Source of the DNA: Ylistrum balloti
Taxonomy: Eukaryota
Direction: 5' to 3'
Assembly (NCBI RefSeq): GCF_031769215.1
Contig: NW_026782072.1
Coordinates: 124,001-188,000, forward strand
Length of the DNA stretch: 64,000 bases
The notes under the pieces are model-generated. The model ran no database searches. It had not been told where the DNA came from and worked only from the letters and a program-made list of their open reading frames with translations. The position numbers and the translations under genes are program-made. Within the stretch, counting starts at the first letter, position 1. Each line of letters starts with the position of its first letter. Shown here piece after piece: positions 17,126 to 29,482 of this stretch.

Positions 17126-20100
17126 ATTTCATCTCTGTACAAGTTTGTGAATAAGAGCACGTGGACAGGACTCAGTATATCAGCCCCACAAACAGTTCAT
17201 CAAGTGTCTCCATCACTACGATACAGGACGACACAAGAGGAATCAGTGACATTCAGATGATCATGTGATTCCACATATACACAAAATTAAGTAACAATGA
17301 ATAAAATTTATCAATTATTCAAAATGTGCACACAATACATCGGTACTGTATGGCAGAACCATTCAACACAACAGTCAATTTGAAAGGCTTTGACCAACAA
17401 ACAAGCAACCCGTCAGGGGAAGCTGACCATATAGCTAGCTTGTAGTATGTATATGATATATCTATATAAATCTGATATACACAATAACACAGGAACCTCA
17501 CACTCAGCTCTACTGAGAGTTACGCAGTTCAAACATTTAATTATTTGTATTGATACTCATTTTAATTAATGATACAGATTTGGTTTTGGACTTACGAATT
17601 TCAAAATTAGCAGAATTTTACGTTTTTTAAAAAATTATTTTTTATTTATTTTCCAGAATGAATTCTTGCTAATTGTCCATGTAGAGCTGATTGAAGTAAG
17701 CTGTTGTATTACTGACCAAATGACAATACGATAACAGACTTAATTAACAAAGTGTGCACAATGCAACACAAACAGAGTTTTCCACTCATCCTTAATATGG
17801 GGCAAATGCTCTGACTTGAGCAAGAAATTATTGAAATGATGAATTTTAACTGTGTTCATAACAATGATATCTAAAATAGTTCAATGTATTCACACTCACA
17901 TCCAAATGCACACACCTTTTTAAAACAAATACTCTAAAATTTACATTAATTCTTTTAAAGGTCCAAAGCCTTTGATTAAAACTAAACAACAGTTCATCTT
18001 ACAAAAATAAAATAAAACATTGACTGAATGTGTCAATGAATGATTGCTACAACTATTTAACTGTACTCTCCATTCTTAATAAAAAAACACATTCAAATCC
18101 TTTAAAAAAAATCAAAACTGAGTTAAAATAATGGAAAATAATGGAACATTTAACACTCCAAATGTAGTAAGTCTCAAGACAATTTAATGGAAGCTTAACT
18201 ACAGGCCTCCAAATGAATGGTGTCCAGATTTGGGGCCTTAATGAAAGATTGCTGCCTAATGTCACAAACAAGAACACAATATAAGGGATGAATACAAAAC
18301 AATGAAATATGACAACAAGGTGCTTTTTAATGTCTGTAATTATTGATGTGTGACAACAAAAGCTTCATGTACAGGATTATAATACTACCATACCATGAAC
18401 AGATGGACACATCATTGTACAAATACTATCTGTACTATGAACCAGTTATAATTTGAAATGTTATTTCAAAGGTTTTGAAGTTGTAAAAGCTCTGCTCAGT
18501 ATTCAATTTAATCTTTCATAAAATAATGTACTTCACACAAATCTAACTGAATTAACCTTGTTGTCTTGTTTCAGGGCAAACACAGCAAAATAGTGCATGT
18601 ATGCTCAGTATGGACATGAAAGTTTGAATTAATTAATTCTAAATTAAAATTCAAAAGTTTTTTTTTTTATTTAGTAAACATTTCTATGAAAGATAAAGTA
18701 CATTACTGAATGTGTGATGAGCCCAGGAACAGTTTTCCTGAGGTGTCTGTAAACAGAGCCCTATACAAGTCATTACCACACCTACTCACACTATCACAGT
18801 CATACACACAATAAAGCACACTCTAACCATTAATCAATTAATCAGCATTTTTCATCATTTCTACAAACTAAGTCAAAAAGAAGAAACCCTGGTTTCACCT
18901 GGAAACCATGTTGAAACTAATATTTAAATTCAACATCTTTTTTGTTCAAAAACAACTTTTCATTTACAAAAAAAAACCAACAAATATTTGATACTACATA
19001 ATAATCACATCCTTATCATCTAGTGACTTTTAATAGCCTTTAATTGACTCATAATTTGTACTTGTTAGTAAAAGTTGTAAACCAGCACTTTTGATATAAA
19101 TAAACACTCTGTAGACACGATTTGAATATATATTACTCCTCATTAGTTGACATTATTTTAGTAATTCTCTTTCCATATGTAGATTGTTTGAAGCATTATT
19201 TTCAAAACATTTCTGGGTGCTAGAAATGGAACACAGAAATGTATATTATCAACAGCTACTTTAACTGAACTATTATAAGATAAACCATGCCGAACTCCCT
19301 TCACACAAGCTCTCATTATCACTTTGTACATGTTTATTAAACAATGGTAACAACAAATTTTTCTTTATTATTTAACAAATTACACTCAACACTGTTTCAA
19401 CGCAACTGCAAAAAGAGTAAGTAACATACAGTAATGAAAAATTTGCACTGCTACATTACAAATGTAGGACCTATAAATGGCTAAAAACCTAGCTCTATGC
19501 AGCCAGGAGCAACACAGGGAAAACCCTTTGAACTTTGATAGATACTTTAATTAAGGATGCACTCCTCTGAGAAGTAAAAATATCCAGTATCATATTTTAA
19601 TTCAGGTGATGACTGTTTGAAAGTATAGATTATCAATTCGTTTTTCAAAGATCAAGAAATAAGCTAAATATTTCCACCAGTCAGAATTCATGAATTTGAA
19701 ATCTCTGATTTGTGTTGATAATACATGCAAAATTCTGTTGAAATCTACCCAAGACTTCCAGTGTTATATGTAAGAGATTACCTTAGCAAAGAGAACATTG
19801 AAAGTTTTAACACTATCAACCAAATCACAATGTCAAACATGTAGTTGACAAGCAATATTTCTACCAAACGTCAGAAAAAAACCCTCCTTTATCAGTATAC
19901 TCTAGATAACATAAAACACAAATGTCTAAGATATATTAGCTGGAATTCATTTCATATTGAATTAAGCAGTACTTCAGGTCAAACATCTTAGGAGTACATC
20001 CTTGAAGACTAAAACCTCTAAATCTAGGTACCAATGTTTTCCTGTAAGGATCTCAATCATCTGGTTTGGGGTTTTACATCTTCACAATAGTTAGGTCATA

Positions 20101-23100
20101 TGAACATGGATGCCTTGTGCGACCATGTCTGGGTATGAACATGTGCAGCTATATGTCATCATGCTGAATGATAAACCTCAGAAAGGCCAGGGTATGAATA
20201 TCTGATGTGAGCAGCGAGGAAATTTAGGAACCTCAAACATGTATAATACAAACCTATAAACCTAGCTGTGCAATGATAACCCCAGACACCGACAACAAAG
20301 TCATGCCAAAATATGAACCTTAGAAATCTGATGTAACATGTATGCCATTTCTTCTTATACAACAAGTAACTTTAACAGTCTAACAATCTGATCCACCTGT
20401 CACACCAGTCAGAGGTATAATGCACAGAAGTCAAAGAACAAACAGAAAAGGATGAGAAATATAGGTAAAGTGGAAATACAATTGTTTAGTTCAAAAGAAA
20501 ATAAATGTTCAACAAAGGCAATATAAAATAAACATACAATACTGATGAAATTTCAATCTCACGTTTTTGCACACAAATGTTAGCACATATAGATAGAGGG
20601 AGTTTCATCATTTCACACATGCAGATAAGGGGAGATAAACCATCTCTAATACATATATTAATCTCACATACTCTGATTTAGGGAGTTTAACAAATCGTTC
20701 ATACATTTAAAACACTTTAACACTAATTATGATATAGTTCTATGAAAACACTAAATTTAACAAATGAAAATATTTAACAGTTTTGTAATTTTATAGCAAG
20801 CCACATTTATATATCAGACTGTTTGAGCAAAACAATACATGTACACGTTGGTAACAAATGTAGACTATATATTTCCTCAAGAACTATCTACAAGCACGAA
20901 AGTTAATTCCAAACACATAGATTAACAAACAATGGTAGTCTTCAAACTGAAAATCAAAACAAATGTAGGGAAATAATTCCTCAGGAAGTACACGCAGGTA
21001 CTAAAAGTGTCAGCTTATTCCCTTATTCACTGGTATCTAAATGTTGTAGTTCTTCTTCAGCTTGCACAGCCAATTTTTATTATAATTCCTCCAAATGATA
21101 TTATATAAATAAATAATTCAAACAAGATTTGCCTTGTATCTCCCCAACAGTAACTCAAACAAATACTGACACAAACTGACCATACTACAACAGTCAAATC
21201 ACATCCACAGCATTTCAATTTTAATATTTTGTATACTGTTTACGCATATCTACTTCATGCATTATGCTTTATGAATGACAACCCTAATGTATGAGAATCC
21301 CTGAATATTTAGTTAACAGTGGTAACTATACAAAGACCGTTGCTGGAGGCATTAAATCCAAAACTGAAAAAAAAATTCACAGCTCTTACTCCAAGAAGAA
21401 CCCTGGATGATTTACCCCTCCCTGGGATATTAGGTCTACAGATACCTGCCTAATACCCGATCTTCATCCAAATCTAATCAAGGCCAAATTTTTTACCTTA
21501 TTACCTGTATATGTATTATTATATTACAGAATTGGGGTTAGAATTCAGGGCAAGGCCTCTCTGATACAAGTATGTGTAAACTTTCCTTCTATTTAGGAAT
21601 GCAAAGGTATGTGCATCACAGATATGACCATTCAACAAGGTGCACTGTACCTCTGCACTAATTATATGTAAAGTCTTGTTATCGAAATTAAATCCACTTT
21701 TTGAACACTTTTATAAATGAAAATAATTTGACACAATATTTCAGATTCCATCAAATGCAAAAAAGATGATTAACAGAACATTTTATTTGATTCAGTAAAT
21801 TTGATGTCTACAAATTAAGTTCAGATGCAATGTATTTCATTTATTTTGCATCCTAACCATATCTGATAGAGATTTGAAATGATGTGAATGAAAACTCTCA
21901 CCAGAATAAGAAAAAAAACCAAGCACACAAGTGTCATGTTACTGCACATAGCTGCCAAATTTTCATAAAAATAACTTTGATCAACAAATGTAGAAGAATA
22001 ATTAGCACATACAGGCCTGGAGTTGACAATTTGACAATGGAGTTGAAAATCACATCAATTTTATCATGAAAACTGAAAAAATGTGATTATATTTCAATGT
22101 ACCGAAAAAAGATGTTTTAATCCTTCTAATATGATTGGTTGTAAATCTTTATATACAATTTCAATATTTGTACCAGGAGACCAAGAGATAAAAAGGAAAA
22201 ACAGAAAGCTACTAGCATTGTCTTCCGTGATCTATCTGTTCTTTAAAAGAAACTAAATTTAAAAACAACTGCGAGAAAGACTGAAAAAACATCAAGGTTT
22301 ATCAGTAAATCATGACAGACAACTTAAGCCAAGTATGTTATAAATTACCAGTCAAGAATAAACAGGCCCCACAATATCTCCACTTATCCATATGCCTTAG
22401 TTAACAATTTATATAAAATCTGGTTTAATTTAATCCAATTTAATCCAATTTTGTGCATTTCCTTATCAAGTGTGCTACATACTCACTTTAAATAAGGAAC
22501 TACCTTCTTTTGCCTTAAGTGTTCTTAGACTTGTATTTGCCAATGTGTATAAAACATGCCGTTTTTACTTAAAAGCTTAAAAATTAGATTTACAAGGTAA
22601 TTAATCACTTTAATACTGAATTTCCAAATTCTTTTATTATATAAGATATATCTCAAAAAGAATAATATTTGAGAGAAGGTAATGACTTGACAAGTGTGCA
22701 ACATGTTGTGATTGCTGAAACACAGGTGTGAACTGATTTTCTTTTATTTTACAGATAGCTGGATAAATGATTGCCCGAAGGCCCTAGTTATATATTGAAG
22801 CATGTGATAATTTCTGAATTATCAACATTTATCACAATGTGAATCTGCTCCTCTTCATCTAGCTACAGTGCTGCCCTTTAAAGCAATTACAGCATCATAC
22901 AACACATGTTGATATATATCATCATCCACAAGATCAAGCTTTTGATAACCTTCAAACAAAACCAATGCTAGTGTCAACTAACCATTATTCCTTATTATTA
23001 CCTACCTTGTAAGTATACTTGATCAGAATAATACATAAATTACTGTTGCCAAAGCACTACCTTACACTACACTTCAGTTATTGTTCAACCAAATTTGTCT

Positions 23101-23609
23101 GATCATACTGAGCCCCCAACATAAACTACACGCTATTCCAATTGTTTTTTTATTTTTACATAGAGATGAGGTTTATGTGAACAATACTGCACTATTTTAC
23201 ACTAGAAATAAGGACTGCAGACAGTACTACATCACCCCACACTAGGGAAGAGTCCCTAGTGATTAGTCTGGAATACTACATAAGTGCTCTTAGATCGACT
23301 GTGGTAAGGAGAGTGTTGGTGATTAGATGGGTCTACTTCCTACCCTACATACATGTATACTTGTATTTTGAGATGCTGATTAGCCTACAATGCTGGTTTT
23401 GGAGAACCCTACATGGACAGCAGCCTGTGGCTAGTCTGATCAATACCAAAAATCCCTGGGTGACCTGCACAGCTAGCATCTGCAGCAGGCTGGCCTTTGT
23501 AGGTCAGCTCCACACACTAATGAATTCCACTTACTCAGAAAAATCAATGGCAGTAGGGAAAGGACACCTGTGTTGTTGCTTTCCCTCAACCATATTGATA
23601 CTGTGTCAG

Positions 23610-24035
23610 AAAGATGGCATCACCAACCCTCAGACAATAGGTGGGGGCATCATCCTCCATTAGCAAATTTGTGGAGACATCACCACCCATCAGCCAATAA
23701 ATAGGCAAGGGCAATCATGTCTCAACCCATAGGTGGGGGCATCAGAACTCTTCAGCAAATAGATGGGGGCATCATCCTCCCACAACCAATAGGTGGGGAC
23801 ATGACTACCTCTCAGTCAATAGGTGGGGATGTCAACATCCTAAAACCAATAGGTTGGGGGGGGGGGGATCACCATCTCTCAGCAAATATGTAGGGGCATC
23901 ACCATCCCCCAACTAATAAGTGGAAAAACATTCCTCCCTCAGCCAATATGGTGGACATCAACACCCCTTAGGCAATAGGTGGGGGCATCATTGTCCCTCA
24001 GCCAATAGGTGAGGACAGCACCATCCCTAAATAGC
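23610..24035. repeat. Degenerate ~30-bp tandem repeat (AGCCAATAGGTGGGGGCATCACCATCCCTC-like), ~12-13 copies
   Basis: Recurring CAATAGGTGGGG(G)CATCA at about 30-bp spacing. Confidence 0.8.
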
Positions 24036-25334
24036 AAAATTATCAACCCTTGGTCAAGAAAGGGACAGTTACTTCCCACAGGTTAGTCAGAGGCAGCACC
24101 ATCCCTTAGTAACCAGAAAGTAGCATAATGCTTCATTAAGTGGAGGCAGCACAGCCCCCTAGTCAGACTAGACTGTGTGTATTTCTGTTGAGAAAACCTT
24201 AATTTAAACTTGTACACCTTGGGTTCTTTTGTCAAATAATGAAACTATGTTAGGATGGAAACTTTTTTACAAAAAGTGCATTGGTGAGATGACCTGCAAT
24301 CCTTACTAGAAACTGCCATCAAGAAAAGGTGGAAAATCAATAAGTTTTTACAGACAGGCTTACTAGCACTGAAAGTACCATCACTTTAAGTATGTATACT
24401 TACAGCTAACTTGTTCACTTTCGGAAGCGGCATTTAGAATTTATGACTATTAATAGAAACACATCATGTGAACAGTAGACAAAAGAATCTATGTAGAACC
24501 ACATATTAAGCAGTCACCAGCTGGTTGTTGAAAGTAAGAACTTTGACCTGTCAAAGGCTAGCTGTACCAGCCACCGTCTGGATGTACTTACTAGTATAAA
24601 AAAAATGTGAATTTTTGTCATCATGGTATAAAATCTGTTTTAAACAGACAAAAAAACTAAATGAAAATATCCTTAAAATATCCTTTGAATTGAAAATCAA
24701 GCAAAGATAATTTAAGTAATGTTACATATTTATTGCTTCCAGATTTGAAATTCTGACCTCTGTATTTTTTAGTAGAAGTTAAGATCATTCACCCATGGCC
24801 AAGTTTAAAGTCACCCTACCTCATAGCCCTTACCTCTGATAATTTTTGTTACAGGAAGATAATCCAGCATTCCATTATATCAAGTGTCAACTACTTGAAA
24901 TATCAAGCAATATAATTATAATAACATGTATCAACTAATCAGGTTATAATCAATATACATATGTAAACAAAACCAGAATGATTAATTAGAAATGTAATGC
25001 ATTATGTTAAGTGTCCGCGACCCAAGCACCTTACAGGCACACATCACATACAATGAGCACAAAATCTGAGACAAGATACAATTGCTTACATCACTCAACT
25101 TTTGTTATATACTGTATATATTTACAATTTTTATGAAAACTTTAAATTGAATCTCACAAAATACAACTCAACATGTATCTATAGCATGATCTGAAAATGT
25201 GAACACATTCAAATGTTAATGAAATGTCCAAGCAGTTGAGTTTGATGAAAAATAAGTGAAAATAAATTTTGAATTATTTGATATGAATCATGAAAAGCAT
25301 TGTTCTGTCCTTAATTAATGGGGTTGACATATAC

Positions 25335-26240
25335 CAGTGTGTGATTGTTGCTTTGTCCTCCTCAGGGTAACAGTATATGATATAGTTATATTGATCAGAC
25401 TTCTATGGAGTGACATGTACAGTAATGTGATAGCATTCTGCCCTCCTCAGGGAGACATGTACAGTAATGTGATAGCATTCTGCCCTCCTCAGGGTGACAT
25501 GTACAGTAATGTGATAGCATTCTGCCCTCCTCAGGGTGACATGTACTAGAATGTGATAGCATTCTGCCCTCCTCAGGGAGACATGTACAGTAATGTGATA
25601 GCATTCTGCCCTCCTCAGGGAGACATGTACAGTAATGTGATAGCATTCTGCCCTCCTCAGGGAGACATGTACAGTAATGTGATAGCATTCTACCCTCCTC
25701 AGGGAGACATGTACAGTAATGTGATAGCATTCTGCCCTCCTCAGGGTGACATGTACAGGAATGTGATAGCATTCTGCCCTCCTCAGGGAGACATGTACTA
25801 GAATGTGATAGCATTCTGCCCTCCTCAGGGTGACATGTACTAGAATGTGATAGCATTCTGCCCTCCTCAGGGAGACATGTATAGTAATGTGATAGCATTC
25901 TACCCTCCTCAGGGAGACATGTATAGTAATGTGATAGCATTCTGCCCTCCTCAGGGAGACATGTACAGTAATGTGATAGCATTCTGCCCTCCTCAGGGTG
26001 ACATGTACTAGAATGTGATAGCATTCTGCCCTCCTCAGGGAGACATGTATAGTAATGTGATAGCATTCTGCCCTCCTCAGGGAGACATGTATAGTAATGT
26101 GATAGCATTCTGCCCTCCTCAGGGAGACATGTACGAGAATGTGACAGTGTTGTTCTGCCTTCCCCAGGGGTGACTGGTACTGTAATGTGGTAGCATTTTG
26201 CCCTCAACAGGATGACATGTACTAGAATGTGACAGTATTG
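25335..26240. repeat. Minisatellite, 42-bp unit (AGTAATGTGATAGCATTCTGCCCTCCTCAGGGAGACATGTAC), 17 near-identical copies plus degenerate edges
   Basis: Unit starts at 25421 and recurs every 42 bp to 26093; explains the 14-aa repeat ORFs on both strands. Confidence 0.96.
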
Positions 26241-27844
26241 TCATACCCTAACAGATGTGACAGGCACCATGGTTATATTTTTCAACCCTCACAAGCTGTA
26301 ATATTACCAGTAATAAATGATGGAGTATAACTGCTCTCACCAGAGGTAATATGTACCAGTTTGTAAAACAAAATGTTGTGCAATCTCCAGGGATGTACCA
26401 GTATGTTAAGTGGTTTTCTGCAAATCCCAAGGATATATATAACATCCTATTATATGTAACAGAATTTTCCTGTCCTAGCCAATGCACATTTATAACTGGA
26501 TAATCATACCCTAGGAGACCATCATCGTTACACTGAATTGTTTGCAGCACTCCTTCCCCAAAACAGTGCTTAATTACAATTATTTTCTGTACACTGCTTC
26601 AAAACTGTAGCTGCAGAATAAGTGATCCTAACAATTCCACTGTTGAATTTCATGATGAAAACTTGTCACTAGTTTACTGCTATATCTGTCATAGGATATA
26701 AGGGTAGAGATCTGTCTTAACTTCACTGAAAGTTCGAGCCAAGAACCCTGCTGAATTCTGCTGAAAGCTCTTCTGTATCAATTCTGCATATAGTAACATA
26801 CCCACTGATGTTTAATTGGAACATAGACCTATGCTGCAACTCAAAAATACCGGGAAGTAAGTTTGTGCTGCACTGGAGTACCTTAGCTATACTCTGTTTA
26901 CTTTTTTGTAGTAATTTTTTGTAGCAGAACGAATACATGTTTCTCAGAAAACACTACACCATTACAGCGGTTATCCTATTATCATTACCTCTGAGTCAAA
27001 GGCGGATGTAGTCTTGTCATAGGACAATGTATATAATTTGTGCATTAGTCTGCTGAACAACAATTGAAATGGTGGGCTTAATATCAGACATGGTCTGACT
27101 GCTTGACAAATACAGTACACTGTGTTGAAGCATAGGTCTATTAATTATACAATAAAACATAGTATATTACAATAACTGTATTTACTCTACAGTATGTTGA
27201 AGTATCAGAATTTGATGTAATTCAACATTAATTTTGAATCATGTAACACATAAGTGTAACTTATTCAAAATAAGAACTTATTGATATCACATAGGCATAA
27301 ACACTGCAACTACAGAGTGCCGATCTACATTGAACTACGACACATCAATACAGTATGCACCGACAATAAGCACTCCTCTTCACAACACACCTTCTCTTCA
27401 CAACACACCCCTTCCCAATGGTAAGACATCTTATAATGTTGTCTACTTGGCTGCAGGGGACTCTGGGGATCGCAATGTTAATGAAGCCACTTTTGTTTCA
27501 CTGCAATACAACATGATTCTTAATCAACACAGGTTATTTTTTATACTCCATCTCTGACATACAAATATATATGTATGCATATGTACACTAATTCTGTTTG
27601 TGGCATGGAGTACAAAGGTTGAACTAAGACAAGTGATTAGCCCAACTAATAACAGGACTGGCTCTTCTGGGGAGTTTCACACAATAAGGCTCCCTTTGGT
27701 AGTATCCTGAAGCACAACACTGGAGGCCTTGGAGACCTGCCATATGTGAGCAGGATAACACACAAAGGTATGTATGAACTTATTTTTCAGCTTTCACTAC
27801 AATTGATGAACCACTAACTATGAAGTCCTAAGCTTCAACCATCA

Positions 27845-29482
27845 TTATCGTACCAAATTCTGAGTGTCTGTTCCAGAAGTAGCCGTGGAGCTGTTATTTA
27901 CTGTATCAAAGTTGAAATCTAAAGTGCCTTCAAGACTGAGTTCATGTTGGAGCACCTGTTCCATGTCGCATCCCAAATCAAAAAAGTCAGCTTCAATTTC
28001 ATTAAGGGAGTTAGAGCTGGGAGCAGTGGGTGGCATATTGGCCATCCCCTGTTCCTGAGGTGATATGTTCTGTCTATTGGATGATGTTAGCACAAGTTGA
28101 GGACTGTCAGAGGACTGACGAGGAGCACTGCCAATATTACTCAACAGACCTAATTGCTGCTGCTGTTGCTGAACCTGCTGCTGCTGTTGTGTTTGTTGTT
28201 GCTGTTGGCGCATGGTGGAGGCAACATTGTTATTGATTCCATTAAGACCAGGAGCAGGTTGTTGTGGCCTCATGTTGAGCTGCGTGTTGCCATAGCGCAC
28301 ATTGTACTGTGGCTGTGTGGAGGGCGTGGAGGACATGGGCATCTGTGGGTATGGGAGTGTTTTCTGCTGAGCCAGACCTGAGTTTTGTGTAAGGGCTGCT
28401 CTCAACAGCGAGTCTGATGGTGCCTCAAGACACTGCTGCAGGATGGAGTGTTGCTGGCGACTGGTGAGCTGTGGGGACAGTTGCTTGGCTTGTGGGGAAG
28501 GAGAGAACCCCACCCGACTGTCGTATTGAGAGGGGCTGATCTGCTGGCAACCTTGGGGAGATCTGGCTGGAGAGGACAACTGTTGTTGTTGGGTGTTGAC
28601 ACTAAGCTGACTGGAGCTAGGGCTGATACGGGCTTGTTGCAGCAACATGTCTCCAGTGAACAGTCCTGTATCTGTTGTCTGTCCAAACATTCCAAGGGTA
28701 TTCTGCTGTGAAATACCTAGGTCCGAAAAGTTGCCATTCTGTGGGAGCTGGTCCACACCCTGCTGCTGTGGGCTGCGGCGCATTGCGTCCCTGTAAGGGG
28801 GTGGGGCAGGCATGTTCCTGTACTGAGCATCATCATAGTTGGCACTTTGATTACTAAACTGGGACAGATTTACATTGTCACTAGTAGGCATAAGCTGCTG
28901 TTGTAAGCTGGACTCTGTAAGCATTTCTATATCACCTTCCAGGCCCCCCAGTCCCCCACCATTGTCAATACCTAGACTGAGGCCACTCTCCCCCAGCTTC
29001 ATGCTGTCAACAAGAGTGTCCACCAGCCGGTCATACTGTCCCAACTGATCGTAACTAGGCACAGTCCCTTCTTCACTTCCCCATGGAATAGGCGACATAG
29101 GTGGCACCTGGTTGTCATGGAGATCAGGCTCAATGCCAGCCTGTATTGGGGAGAGGCGGCCACAACTACTGGCATTTGAACTTGTCCTCTGTCGGAACTC
29201 TGGACTAAGCTGGAATCCCAGTGGAGAGTCATTAAGATAGTCGTCCGTAGTGGACGATGGACTGTTATTATTCTCTAGAGCTGCACGTAAAGCTTCCACC
29301 TTTTTCTTTACCCTTCCCCGCCTTTTCTCATAGCTTTTTGTTTCCATGCTACCAGCACGTCTGCGGGGTGTTTTTCCAGGTTTGGCGTCTGGGTTGATGA
29401 CCCACCAAGAACTCTTCCCTGTGCCTTCATTTTGAATTCTCATAAAGCGACTGTGCAAGGACAAGTTGTGTCGTATGGAATT
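27845..29482 (-). CDS. foxo: FoxO coding exon 2 (1638 nt, includes stop)
   Basis: Acceptor tttcttttcacag|AATTCC; ORF-track 27845..29515 minus the intronic prefix [11 protein letters not shown]. Confidence 0.97.
   Translation of the reverse strand, partial: NSIRHNLSLHSRFMRIQNEGTGKSSWWVINPDAKPGKTPRRRAGSMETKSYEKRRGRVKKKVEALRAALENNNSPSSTTDDYLNDSPLGFQLSPEFRQRTSSNASSCGRLSPIQAGIEPDLHDNQVPPMSPIPWGSEEGTVPSYDQLGQYDRLVDTLVDSMKLGESGLSLGIDNGGGLGGLEGDIEMLTESSLQQQLMPTSDNVNLSQFSNQSANYDDAQYRNMPAPPPYRDAMRRSPQQQGVDQLPQNGNFSDLGISQQNTLGMFGQTTDTGLFTGDMLLQQARISPSSSQLSVNTQQQQLSSPARSPQGCQQISPSQYDSRVGFSPSPQAKQLSPQLTSRQQHSILQQCLEAPSDSLLRAALTQNSGLAQQKTLPYPQMPMSSTPSTQPQYNVRYGNTQLNMRPQQPAPGLNGINNNVASTMRQQQQQTQQQQQVQQQQQQLGLLSNIGSAPRQSSDSPQLVLTSSNRQNISPQEQGMANMPPTAPSSNSLNEIEADFFDLGCDMEQVLQHELSLEGTLDFNFDTVNNSSTATSGTDTQNLVR

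Noticed and set aside
23259-23663. 134-aa plus ORF and other 60-125-aa intronic ORFs (31443, 36320, 43602, 44439, 62703, 62813)
   Set aside because: No recognisable domain, no consistent splice context, and lengths within random expectation
27864-29232. Plus-strand ORFs over FoxO exon 2 (27864, 28030, 28154, 28402, 28448, 28675, 28999), and 49085/49164 over exon 1
   Set aside because: Antisense shadows of a GC-richer real CDS; no recognisable products
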